This document shows, one piece after another, positions 38,064 to 50,389 of a stretch of DNA of 64,000 nucleotides. The stretch lies in assembly GCA_013239625.1 (NCBI GenBank), contig MU056050.1:3768084-3832083 (forward strand), given 5' to 3'. The notes under the pieces were generated by a model. The model was not told the origin of the DNA and made no database searches. It was given only the letters and a program-made list of their open reading frames with translations. Positions within the stretch are counted from its first letter, which is position 1; the number at the start of each line of letters is the position of its first letter. Source of the DNA: Lama guanicoe (taxonomy: Eukaryota). The position numbers were made by a program, and so were the translations under genes.

Positions 38064-40423
38064 TGTCTTAAAATTTCAGAGAACAAAATAAATTACAATA
38101 GAAAATTTTCTACTTTGCTGATTGTATTTTTATTTTCTTTCTTCTTATGGTGTTATAGATAATTTTCTTTAAATATTTTTTGGTAATTTCAATTGGATTT
38201 TTAAGGAAAATCAACAGTAGACATATGCTCATGAATCTATTTTGATCAAGTTATCCATATAGTCTCTTTAATCTTTGAAAATTTCATCATCTATTTCTTA
38301 TGTGTTATAATTTAAGATTAAATATACTTTGTGGTATTTTAATCAAATACATATTGGCAATTAGTTCTTTTCAACTTACCTTTGAGTTTTTAAAACATTA
38401 TATAATAGTTTCTCTATAAGTCACTTTACTTACTCCTTTTTCTTCTTTCATGTCCTAATTCTTTTTCTTCTTAATACTGTAAGTCTTAGGCCTTCTGTGA
38501 TGACCCTAAGCAAAAGTTACCTGACAGAGCTTTTATTCCTTTTCTTTCTTTCTGCCATTTTACTGTAAAACTCACTCTACCATAAACTGCTTTTTGAACA
38601 TGAACAGATTTGGGGAATTCATTTTGCCATCTTACTAAATTATACTGACCCAGTTTCACTATTCATATTTGAATTTCACAGCAGGCTTTTCTTGAGATTT
38701 TTTTGCCCAGCTTTTCTTCTATTTTCACAACAGAATTTTAAGGCCCAAGGTAAGAAATCTAAACAGTGTGTTTTCTTAAGATGTGAATTCTGAGGAAACT
38801 TCCTGTGGTACATCTCTTAAGAGTTTTTACTAATGGAAAGTGGCAGAAAGAGAGAAGAGGATAAATGACAAAAAAGAAATTGAAGCAATCAGAGATAAAA
38901 TGAAGTAGTTTTTCATCATGCATCTAGAAGAGAATGAGACCAAAAAGCTAAACAAAGACATTTTTCCTGCCCTCAATAAGCCTTTATTTGAGGGGAAGAC
39001 AGATTTGTACATAGTTTGAAGTATTTGGAAATGTACAAAAAAGATGATGAGAATGGTGGCATTTTAGCGACATCCTCAAAAAATTGAGTAGTATATGTTA
39101 GACTCGAAGCCAGAAGAGAAACCTAGGTCAATTGATCTCCAGAAAAAAAAGTTACTCAGATGACAGGGGTTTCTTAACTAAATAAAATTGTAATACCATC
39201 TTAGATTTTACCGCTATGCAGTTATATGGTGGCCTCCCCGTAATAGTGGTAGCATATGTGATCCCAAAGCAAATTATATAATTGCAAAGTTCATTTAACA
39301 CCTTGGGTGCCCCATTATGATGTTAACTCAAGACTACCATGATAAAAGATGATATGGTGTTGTAAAGTTGTCACTTTGTTAGAAAAAAAAAACATTATTA
39401 GCTCACCTAAATGGCTAATTGCATGTTTTATTCTTGGATGTGGATCCAACATTTTAACTAAGATTTACCCTTTTAAACTCATTAGAAAACCTTCTACTGT
39501 TATTTTACTCTTGTTTTCAAAGATATGAATTAAAAAATTGCATGAACTATCAAACCCCAGATGACATAGTGTGAAAAGTTCTTATATTCTTGAAACTATA
39601 ACTATAAGATATAGCCAAGGAATTTTTCTCACCATCTCCCTCCACTGCATCTACCTTTTCTATTTAGAATGGAAAGTATTTGAAGCAAAATCATAATTCA
39701 GATTAAATTTGAAGCATTCTCTTGCTCTTCTTGCTGTTGGTTTCCCCAATCTCTTCCCATTCCATTCCATTAAGATACCATCTCACCTGCTCTACCTTAG
39801 CCCAAAGAGGTACCCACATCTCATCTATATCTGACCAAAAAGCATATTTAGCTTCTAGCTAAAAGTTTGTATTATATCACTCTACTCTTATAGTAGATTT
39901 CAAAGCAGAATATAATTTGAAGTCAACTGTGGAGGTTAGTATTTCATGTAGTTTCTAAAGTTTTATGTTGTGGAATAAAAATAACCAAGTGTTGCTGTAT
40001 CATTCATTTTGGGGGGTTAGGCAGAGAGAAGAGCTTTTAGATGATAAGTCAGCAAACTTAAATAAAAATAACTAATTTTAATGGGTTCATAGTTTTCACT
40101 TTTATTGATAATCATATATAAAATATAATTCTTCAAATAATTTCTCATCATGACTTCTCTGTCATCAAAAGATATGTCTTTAGTAATATGCTTGGAATTT
40201 GGAATTCAAGATGTTATCTTTATGCTCCTAATGAGCAGCATGGTAAAATATCCTATTTTTTTAATGAACCTAATAAAATATAATGTTCTGCAACAGACTG
40301 AGAGCTCAACGATCTGCTGATATTGCAAACGTCAATTTCAGGATGGTGGTAATAATAATGAATTGATACTGTTTTGGGAATAGAGGGACATTTAAGTGAG
40401 ACCGTTTGTTATTTCAGCAACCA

Positions 40424-40536
40424 CAGTGGTTTCCCTTACACTGGATGGGCAGTTTGTGATCTCGTATTGCATTGCTTTCTGTGGTCAACGTAAAATACAT
40501 GGCTATATAAACTTAAGAAGAATTTGGGAACCACTG
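40424..40536. mobile_element. Small hAT-Charlie-type MITE (113 bp), tentative
   Basis: Terminal inverted repeats cagtggtttccc ... gggaaccactg. Confidence 0.5.
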
Positions 40537-40607
40537 GCACCAAGGATTCGATGAACTGAGTGGGGATCTTTACTTTTATTTTCATATAATCAAAAAGTAT
40601 TTAGAGA

Positions 40608-42234
40608 GTAATTTAGTTCCAGGCCCTCTCACCACCAGTCTCAGACCTACCCTGCCTACCCAATGGACCCACCCAATGACCTACTGAGAGTCCCTCCAGG
40701 GATTCAGAGGAAGCCACACCCATTCACGTTCCTGGTAAAAGTCCCACCATCTGAGGACCCTGAAGCAGACCCTTGTCCCAGTGCCAGCCTTATACACAAA
40801 GTTCCTGAAGTGAGTCCCATCTGCCCAGGGACCAAACAGAATCCACAACTACTGAGCACCTAGTACCAGACCTGCCACATAAACTACTCCAGACCCAGCA
40901 GCAGCCGTTTGACCCAGCTGCAAACCTGTTTAGACTTAATTCCAGACACAATATCATCAGCCTGGGGACCTGAAAGGAGAAGATCTTTACTTTCTGAAAA
41001 TAGTCTGTAAAAACTGGAAGAGGTGTTTGCTCCTTAAAATGCATACACATCAGTGCAAGGCTATACAGATCATAAAGAAACAGATAAATATGACACCACC
41101 AAAGGAAACTAATGCAGCTCCAGTAACTGACTCCAAGGAATTGGAGATCTATGAATAGCCTGGCAAAGAATTCAAATATTCTTCTTAAAGAAATTCAGTG
41201 AGGTGTGAGAGAACACAGAGATAGACAGCAAAACAAAATCAGAAGAACAGTGCATGAAAAACTGAGAAATTTAATTATAAAGTAAATAGAAGCCATTTAA
41301 AAAACCCAAACAAATCCTAGAACTGAAGAATACAATGACAGAGTTGAAAATTTCAGTAGAGAACTTCAAAAGCAGACTCAATCATACAGAAGAAACAAAT
41401 CAGAAAACTCAAGACAAGTCATTTAAAATTAGACGGTTAGAGGAACAAAAATTTAAAAGGATAAAAAAGGCTGAAGAAACCTGGGATCTATCGCACACCA
41501 TCAACAGAATGAATATATGCATTATGAAAGTCCCAGAAAGGAGAGAGAGAAAGGGGCAGAAAGCCTATTAAAGAAATAATAGCTTCCTAAATAAAAACAA
41601 AATAAAAACTTTCCCAATCTTAGGAGGAATATGGAACTCCAGATACATGAAGTACAAAGTACCCCAAGCAAAATCAACCCAAAGAAGATTACCCTGAGAC
41701 ACATTTTAATCAAATGGTTAAAAATCAAAGATAGTTTTGAAAGCAGCAAGAGAAAAGAGACTCATCACATACAAAGAGCCCTTCCCCCTGCCCCATAAGT
41801 CTATCAACAGATTTCTCAGCAGGAATCTTGGAAGGCCAAGACAGAGTGAGGTGATATATTCAGAGTGCTCAAAGAAAACAAACTGCCAGCCAAGAATACT
41901 CAGCAAAGCTGACTTTCAGAAATAGAGAGCTAAAGACATTTCCTAACAAAAGCTGGAGTTCTTCACCACTGGACCTGCTTTATAAGAAGTGCTAAAGGAA
42001 GTTCTTCTGATTGAAATGAAAGGATGCTAAGTAACAGCATGGAAATATATGGAAGTATAAAACTACTGGTAGAGGTAAATATATAGTAAAATTCAGAATA
42101 ATCTAATACAGTAATGGCAGTGTATAAATCTCTTATCTCCATGTTAAGTCATCACCTTGTACATCTTAAAAAATCACATTGTACACCTAAATATATATAA
42201 TTTTTATTTGTCAATAATACCTCAATAAATCTAG
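40608..42234 (+). mobile_element. L1 (L1MA9-like): partial 5' UTR plus ORF1 joined directly to the 3' tail
   Basis: ORF1 peptides 'MTELKISVENFKSRLNHTEE', 'KAAREKRLITYK', 'NCQPRIL'; tail 'tgtacacctaaatatatataatttttatttgtcaataatacctcaataaa'; candidate TSD at 40592-40607 / 42235-42251. Confidence 0.88.
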
Positions 42235-42524
42235 AAAAAGTCTATTAGAGAAAACTAGTCTTCCTTTCACAAGCCAAAAAAACCAAAATGTATTAGAAGT
42301 ATTATGTGTGATTTTACATGCATCCTGACTCTTTAATGAATAACATAATATTCATAGCTATATATATCTATTAAAATAGCTACTCCAGATTTTATTTTTG
42401 TTATATGCCTTATGGTAGAAGAATTATGTTATTTTGTATAAAGTAGGATTTCAGAATGAAAGAATTTTGAGATATACAACACTGGGCCATTACGTGAAAT
42501 TTTTGGAGTCGGGGGTGACATAGA

Positions 42525-42548
42525 TGTGTGTGTGTGTGTGTGTGTGTG
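42525..42548. repeat. (TG)n microsatellite
   Basis: About 12 TG units. Confidence 0.95.
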
Positions 42549-42929
42549 ATGGGTTGTATTTTTAATTTTTATATAATAGCGTATGGTAACAGCATATTTT
42601 GGTAAAATATGAAATGCTTTTACTATTGCTCTCTTATCCTTTTTGTTATAATCTCACATACCCTTTATTAGCCAAGTATTGGTTAATGTCAGCATAAATA
42701 CATTAAGGAAAAATACTCTTTTTTTTTTAATGTAAAGACATGTTGGCATGAGAACAGAAACATATATTTTAGATATTTTATACTCATATAAATAGAGGGG
42801 GCAGAGATTACATGTGCACATCCATACATCCACAGGTTACCAGATGAACTTTCTGTCCTTCCAAAGCAATGAATTGGGAGGAAATGTTCATTTATTTGAG
42901 TAGGCATTTGACAAGACTGCTCTAGGAAA

Positions 42930-44310
42930 AAGTGCTTATCTACTTTACTGGCACATACTGACCCAAAAAAGCACTGAAAGGGGGATGAAAGCCAAGTGAA
43001 GGAAGATTTGGATATTCAAAGTTATTCTTGAATTTAAAAATAAGATGTCCACAGGCCAGATGTGATGACAGAGACTCTAAGATAGAAAAGGACTCAAGAA
43101 GGGTAAGACATTTTAAAAAACATTTTGAACAGCAGGGGCATCTAAAGAAAACTATGTGGCTGCACTGGGAAATCTTTCATGAGTTCATATTTTTCTTCAG
43201 ATACATGCACAAATATAGAAGAAAATATATACAATCAAGGACAAATACAAAATATTCTGTAAGAATATGGCTAGAAGGGTTAAGCACAAAGTATGCTGAG
43301 ACCTACTGAGGACAGACAAAGGGGCTTTGATAACTATGTTAAATATAAGAATAAAAATCAGGACAAGAGGGGCCCTTTGCTAGAGGTATAATATTAAAAG
43401 ATGACAGAGAGAAATGTAATGATTGAACTCTATTTTGTGCCAAACTTTGTTTAAAAAAAAAAAAAGAAATACCTTCATATTGGAACCCATTGAATAAATG
43501 TGGTTAGGAGTAAGATGAGGGCCTATACATGAGAAAGAACAGCAAGAGAGTGTTAATGTTCTTTCAATACATCATACTTCCAGGCCAGATGAATTTTATG
43601 TAAGGGAAATAGAACAAATTCCAGGTGTAGTCATGGAACCTCTGTCACTAATCTTTGAGAAATCATAAGAATAGGAGAGTTATCAAAAGAACAGAGATGT
43701 CAAAATGTTTCTCCAATTCAAAAATGTTGTTCTGATTAATTTTTTCCCCAGAAATGTGAGGAATATAAATCTTTCCAATTATAGACTAGAGGCATCTTGA
43801 CATTGATCATCTCTCAATTTTTATGTTAAGAAACAGATAAGTTTATGAACATTTATCAAAATATAAGTAAATGAAAGCGTACTCTTGATTCAATAGAAAT
43901 AGATATTGTTAAGCTAATTTAATTACCTTTGTTAAAAAGGTTACTAGACCAGTAGACTGATAGTTAAGGGGAAACTTAAGTGATGCCATATCTAGATTTC
44001 AGCAAGACACGAACCGTCTCTTATGTTATCAATCATATAGGCTTCTTTTTTTTGGAAGGCCATTGCACATTTGAAAATATATTTTTATCAAATGTTCTCT
44101 TATCTCCCCTCACTTCATTCTGAAGTCCTTGAGGGCAAACTTGGGGCCTTATTTATTACTTCTTAGCACATAGTAGATGCTCCAAAATCATTTGTTAAAT
44201 GAAAGTATGCACACACTAATGCATTAAAATGATTAATTGTAGGTTGGGTAACATTAAATCAAGTGGCTGTGTAGCTGGTTGAACAACGGAATTTAATGAT
44301 TAACAACTGA
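42930..44310 (+). mobile_element. CR1/L3 LINE ORF2, 5' portion
   Basis: Decayed CR1 motifs: 'KKTMWLH', 'aaaggggctttgataactatg' (KGF..Y), 'gggccctttgct' (GPLL), 'tatagacta' (NYRP-like), 'atatctagatttcagcaagac' (YLDFSK), 'agctggttgaac' (WL). Confidence 0.75.
44100..44205 (+). mobile_element. L2 3' tail inserted in L3
   Basis: 'aagtccttgagggca...cttagcacatagtagatgctc...tttgttaaatgaa'. Confidence 0.7.
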
Positions 44311-44314
44311 TTAG

Positions 44315-46755
44315 CAATGTTCTGCTTCTTGGAAGATGGAGTAAATGTACTTTCCCATATTTTTCCTGCTAAGCACAACTGAAACCCTTGAGAATATACA
44401 AAACAAACTTAAGACTCTGAAAGGTAGAGAGAAGAAGGAAGCCTGGCTAGAGACCTTAGTACTAAAGGAATAACATGATGGTGAGTGTCTTGGGTTTTCT
44501 TTTTGCCTCATCTATACCCAACTCAAAACAGAAGAAGATGACAACCAAAAAATATGAGTAAGAGCCAACAAAAAAAGAACAACCATTCCCTAACTCTGTT
44601 CTCTATAGCTAAAATATCATAAAAGCAATCAAGATAGAAAACTTATCGATAGTGACTTTTCTACCCCAGCCAAACACTAAAGAAAAACTGTGGCTCAAAT
44701 CCTACCCACAACTGCAAACGTTTATTGGATAGCCTAGACTTGTGCCGTTGCTAGACTCTAATATAGTGTCTGAAACTCTCTGCTTGGAGAATGGGAGTAA
44801 GGAGAAGGCTGAATAGTGTGGCAGGATATTGATTTGAACTGGGAAGTAATGAGACACACCATCCTCTTTACCTCCCCAAATGGTATCACTGGATGCCATA
44901 GGGGAAGATGGAGTTCAAACCCTACCAAGAAGTATTGAGATATCCCACTTCCTCCCCAATGGGATGCTATCAGAGAAGTTCTAGAGGAGAAGGAAAACTT
45001 TCACTATTACCCTGCAGCAGTGATGCCACACATTCTCCCACCACCATGGTGTCAGTGGAGGCCGTACGGGGAGCCACAACTCCCACTCCTACCTGCCAGT
45101 TATGAGGAACCACCCTCAGTGTCAAAAGAGGACCTACTGGGGAACTTGCACTTGTACCCCCATTTGGCAGCTTAGTTGCAGCACCCCACTATCCCTTGAC
45201 CGATTAGTATCAGATAAAACCAGCAAAAAACAGAAGGTTTTTAATAAGATGCAGAGTCTTATAACATCAGGAATAACATAACATCAACCTAAAATACTCA
45301 GGTTTCATTAAAAAAAATCATTCATCCTACCAAGGATCAGGAAGATCTTAAACTTAATGATAAATGGCAATCCACTGATGCCAAAACTGAGAGGACAGAG
45401 AAGATAGAATTATTTGACAATGATTTTAAAGCAGCCATTATAAGTGTGCTTTCAGGAACAATTACAAACTGGCTTGAAACAAATAAAAAAACCCGATAAC
45501 CTCAGGGGGAGAAAAAAAAAGGTCTGAGCAAAGAAACATCAAATATTAAAAAAAGTGGAAATTTCATAAGTGAAAAATTCAAAAACTAAAATCTAAATTA
45601 GTAGGCTTAGCAGCGGAATGGAGAAAAAAATCAGTGAATTTTAAAAGAGAAAAACAGAAATTGCCCAATATGAAAAATAGAAAATAGAATAAAAATAAAT
45701 GAAGATAACCTCAGATATTTGTATGTCTATAACAAAAGATGTAGCATTCATAGTATCAGAATCCCAGAAGAGAGGAGAAAGTGGGCAAGGTTAAAAGAGT
45801 ACTTGAAGAAATGATGTTAATGATCATTTTAATTTGCAGAAAAAGCATTTGAAAAAATCCGGCACATTTTTATGATAAAAACATTCAATAAGCTAGGAAT
45901 AGAAGTTATATTCCTTAACCTGATAAAGGACATCTACAAAAACCCCACAGATGAAGTCATATATAATGGTGAAATACTGAACACTTTCTCTTAAGATTAA
46001 GAATAAGATAAGAATGACCACTTAGTACTTTTATTCAACATTGTCTTGGAGGTTCTTACTTGGACAATAAGCAAAAAATTTAAAAGCATCTATATTGGAA
46101 TGCAAGAAGTGAAACTATCTCTATTCCCAAATCATAGGATCTTGTATACAGAAAAATCTTATGGAATATACTTTAAAACATTAGAAGTAATAAAACAAGT
46201 TTAGCAAGTTTGCATGATACAAGATCAATACATAAAAAACAATTATATTTCTACACACTTGCAATGAGCAAGCTGAAAATGAAATTGAGACAAAAAATTC
46301 CCTTTTATAATAACATCAAAAAGATGCTTAGAAATAAATTTAATGAAAGAGGTGCAAAACTTGTACTCTGAAAACTAAAAAAACACTTGAAAATTTACCA
46401 AAATAGCTAGGAAGATATCCCATGTTCAGTAACTGGAAGACTTAATATTATTAAGATGGCAGTACTTCCCAAATTGATCCACAGATTTAACACAATCCCT
46501 GTCAGGATCCGACCTGGCTTTTGATACTAAAATTCATATAGGAAACTCAACAGGCCCAGAAGAGGAAAAAAAAAATCTTAAGAAAGAACAGTTCTTGAAG
46601 GACTCACACTTCCTGATTTCTAAAGTTATTACAATACTGCAGTAATTAAGACTCTGTGGTACTAGCATAAGGGTAGACATGGACATGTACCAATGCAATA
46701 GAATTTGAGAGTCCAGAAATAAACCCACTCTTTTATATTCAGTCGATTTTTATCT
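44315..46755 (+). mobile_element. L1M (MC/MD-type) 5' UTR plus part of ORF1, fused at about 45815 to the ORF2 RT region
   Basis: 5' end 'cttcttggaagatggagta...aagactctgaaaggtagagagaagaagg'; RT 'atgatcattttaatttgcagaaaaagcatttgaaaaaatccggcac' (MIIS.DAEKAFDKIQH-like). Confidence 0.85.
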
Positions 46756-46759
46756 CTTT

Positions 46760-47320
46760 TTAAATTTGTAATTATGGTAAAATACACATGAGAAAAATTT
46801 CCCTTTTATCCATTTTTAAGTATAAAATTCAGTGGTATTAAATGCATTCACCTTGTTGGTTAACCATCCCCACTTTCTATCTCCAGAACTCTATCTTCCC
46901 ATCTTGAAACTCTATCTTAAAACTCTGTAACCGTTAAACAAAAACCCCTATTTCTCCCTTCCCCAGCCCCTGTCAACCACCATTCTGCTTTCTGTCTCTA
47001 TGAATTTGACTACCCTTAGGTACCTTAGTTAAGTGGAATCATACACTATTTGTCTTTTTTATTATTTGCTTGTTTTACTTAGAAAAATGTTCTCAAAATT
47101 TATCTATGTTGCAGCATTTGTCAGAATTTCCTTTCTAAGGCTGGACAATAAGATATCCCACAATTTGTTTATTCATTCATTCATTGATAGAAGCTTGAGT
47201 TGCTTTCACCTTTTGGCAAGTGTGAATAATGCAACCACAAACTTTTCTCTTCCCTCTTATCCCCCTCTTCTCCTTCTAGGGCTTCCATAATGGTCTTCTT
47301 GATGATGATGCATAAGTCCC
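46760..47320 (-). mobile_element. L1MB-type 3' end (to about 47240) plus a short reverse ORF1-like piece
   Basis: 'atggtaaaatacacat...cagtggtattaa...caaccaccattctgctttctgtctctatgaatttgactac'. Confidence 0.85.
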
Positions 47321-47339
47321 TTACCCTTAATAAAGTGGA

Positions 47340-47545
47340 TCTGGCTATGAAATGGCAACATGAGAGACCCTTGTCGAGATGGAAATGTTCTGTATCTTGA
47401 CTTTGTCAATGTCAATATCCTATAGTTTTGCAAGATATTATTATGGGGGGAAACAGTAAAGGGTACACTGGATCTCTTTGCATTACTTATTACAACTGCA
47501 TATAAATCTAAAATTATCTCAAAATAAAGCTTAAGTAAAAATCAG
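47340..47545 (+). mobile_element. L1MC/MD 3' end
   Basis: 'gcaacatgagagaccctt...gatggaaatgttctgtatcttgact...ttacaactgcatataaatctaaaattatctcaaaataaag'. Confidence 0.85.
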
Positions 47546-47563
47546 TTAACCAATAAAAACTAA

Positions 47564-48147
47564 TGAGGGGTTCCAATACCAGGATTCTTGCCGAAGGATC
47601 AGTCCCTGTCCCTGATGAGTCAAATTGAAACTTAGAGACAGGGTCTTGGAACTTAGAAGAAAAGAGACAGCTTTATTACTTTGCCGGGCAAAGGGGACTC
47701 ACAGCAGGCTAGTGCCTTCAAAACTGTGAACCCATCTGGGGAATGAGTTACGGTCATTATATAGACATAGCTCAAACAATAAAACATCAATAACAATCAA
47801 CAGAATCATTTTTTAATCATAAGACTTAGAGTGGCATCATGATGCCTCCAGGCAACCATTCTATAGAGGCTAGCGCCCCAGGGTGTGGTCTTCTTGGTAT
47901 TTAGCCTATTTTGTAAGATTACAGTTCTGTGACCTTCTCCCTGGAGAACAACTCAGAAACCAAGTATGATTATTACTTTTGACTACTGGAATAAAGCAGA
48001 AACAGTAAAATTAATAGCTTTATTTTAATAACGGGCCTGGAGGTGTGAGTAGCAACTGGTCAGTCAGGCCAGTTGACTGTTTTAAGGGCAAGCATAAGAA
48101 TAAGCAATCGGTTAGCCTAAGTGTGTCCATTTTATTAATCCTCCTTA
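47564..48147 (-). mobile_element. Young ERV1-like solo LTR (lineage-specific)
   Basis: Ends tgaggggtt ... aatcctcctta; reverse poly(A) signal TTTATT at 47672 in 'cagctttattactttgccgggcaaagggg'; TATA-like 'ttatata' near 47757; several intact CpGs. Confidence 0.75.
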
Positions 48148-48149
48148 GG

Positions 48150-48710
48150 ATGATAGTGTGAGGAATTCTGTGAACCCTCTCTCCAGTGAAATAAGCAAAG
48201 CTAATGAAAAACAGAAAGCCCCAGCCATTTAAAGTCTGTGGAAATTGTCCTAAAGTTATACACCAAATGAAGGAACATTTATTCAAGAAAAATCGATTAA
48301 AACTGGGTGAGAATAGCAAGAATCCATGGTATTTGAGCCATGATCTACTCCCTTCCTCTTTATGAAAAGTAGACTGATGAATGCTCCACTTATAATGTGT
48401 ATGACCAAGAAGACAGTGTTCCTGGTCCCATCAGCTCCAAGTCATGGTTTACTTTATCTCACTGGGAGGAGCATGTCACCAGCATTTGTCATCCTCTCCA
48501 ATTCAAATTGAAGAACCTTAATTCCTGGTGATTCACCAAGTGGATAGGGGATTCTTTCTCCACCCAGATTTCATCTATAGGAAAGAGATCCTACCCCAGG
48601 CACTGCAAGCTGAGAATGCTGAGCTTGGCAGCCTACATCCCAGCTCAGTGGTAGGACAAAAATTATAAATAGGAGAGGTAAGCACAGAAGTCCAGAGGCT
48701 ACAACTCTAC
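48150..48710 (+). mobile_element. L1M 5' UTR
   Basis: 'ttctgtgaaccctctctccagtgaaa...aaagtctgtggaaattgtcctaa...aacatttattcaagaaaatc...ggtgagaatagcaagaatc'. Confidence 0.75.
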
Positions 48711-49159
48711 TGTATGTTTCTTGTCATCAAACAAACAAACACACAAAAACACTTGGTGGCCTAAAACAACATAAACTTAGTGTCTCATAGTTCTGGAGGC
48801 CAGAAGTCAGAAATCAAGTTATCAGCAAGGCCATAATCCTTCTGAAGGCTCTAGGGGAGAATCTTTACCTGCTTTTTCCAGCTTCTGGTGCCTCCAGCTG
48901 TTCCTTGGTTTGGTAGTGCCTAACTTCAGGCTCTGCCCCAGTCTTCAATGGCCTTCTCCTCTGTGCAGTATCCCCTTTTCTTCTTATAAGGATATTTGTC
49001 ATTGAATTTGGACCCACTCTTATAATGCAGAATGATCTCATCTTGAGGTCCTTAACTTAATTACATCTGCAAAGACTTTTTTTTCCAAATAATTTCACAT
49101 TCACAGGTTCTGGCTGGACATATCTTTTTGGGGGGCAGAGGTACAATCAACCCATTATA
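48711..49159 (-). mobile_element. MaLR 3' LTR (MLT1C/B-like)
   Basis: 'cttggtggcctaaaacaaca...agttctggaggccagaagtc...gaaggctctaggggagaatc...ttaattacatctgcaaagac'. Confidence 0.92.
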
Positions 49160-50387
49160 GTCCTCCCTGTGGTCCCCCAGTTCTTCTCTCTCCTGTGTAC
49201 AGAATACATTCATCCTATCTTAACATCCCAAAAGTCTCAACTCATTAAAGCATCAACTCTAAGTTTAAACTCTCATGGAAATAGCATCAGCTCAAAAAGT
49301 TCCAAATCTCATCATCTTAAATCATCTAGGTTATCTAAATTAGGTATGAATGAGACTCTGCTTCTTTGTCAGTCTCTGCCCCGGAGTAATTCTTTGTTTT
49401 TCTTGAAGGGTAACACACTTGCAGCTGAGTATCTCTATTAGTCCATTTCCTGTCTGTAAAAACTCAGAAGTCAGAGAGCCTTCCTTCATTTTGTACTGTC
49501 TTTCCCTCTTCAGTCCATGCTGGCAGTATTTCTGCTGATATAAGATTCTCAGAAACCTGGTTGGTCTCCCACATATTTCAGTGGGGTCCATGACCGTAGA
49601 TAAGAGGGTTCTCCATAGGTCCTTTCTGGTTAACCCTATATCTATTCCTGGCTTCTGCTGAAATGGTTGATTGGATCTCTGAATCACATACCCAATTTCT
49701 TCATCAAAAGTTTGTCCAGCCACATCCTAGTCCTTCTCTCTAGAGCAAACTTTCCAACAGTGAATTTTATAATTTTAGCATCGTTTACAGTCTAAATAAG
49801 CCATGAACTCCTAAATCATCAAGTGCTGGTTTCCTTTTGTTTAACAATTCCTTCCTCAATTTATGTATTTTCTCTCATTTCACTGTAAGCAGCAAAGAGA
49901 ACCAGGCTGTACCCTCCATACTTGGAAACATTCTCAGTTAAACATCTAAGTTCAGTGTTCACAAATTATGCTTCCTACCCAACAGTAGAATATAATTCAG
50001 TCAAGTTTTTTACCACTACATGACAAGGATCGGCATTCCTCCAGTTCCAAATACATGTTCCTTATCTCCTTCTCAGCTCTCACCAGAAACACCTTTAACA
50101 TTCATATTTCTACCAGCATTCTATTCATAGTGATATATGTATTCTCCAAAATGATAGACGTTTTCTCTAAAGTGATCCTTATTTCCTTATGCCAAAAATT
50201 GCCTTTAAAGTCCATATTTCTACCTATAGTCTCTTGAAGGCAATCCAGGCTTTTGCTATCATGTGCCTTAGAATTCTTCCAGCCTTGCCCATTACCCAAT
50301 TCTAAAGCCACTTCCATATTTTTAGTTATTTGCTACTGCAGCACCTCATTTCATGGCAACAAAATCTGTCTTAGTATGTTCTTGTTA
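49160..50387 (-). mobile_element. MaLR internal region (MLT-int) plus about 20 bp of the 5' LTR
   Basis: Reverse peptide 'MEVALELGNGQGWKN' typical of MaLR-int; reverse PPT 'gtcctccct' next to the LTR; int start 'ggcaacaaaatc' followed by 'tgtcttagt' at 50367. Confidence 0.85.
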
Positions 50388-50389
50388 AT

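Noticed and set aside
40297..40348. Possible exon encoding LRAQRSADIANVNFRMV
   Set aside because: Weak polypyrimidine tract and donor, no recognisable homologue and no partner exons.
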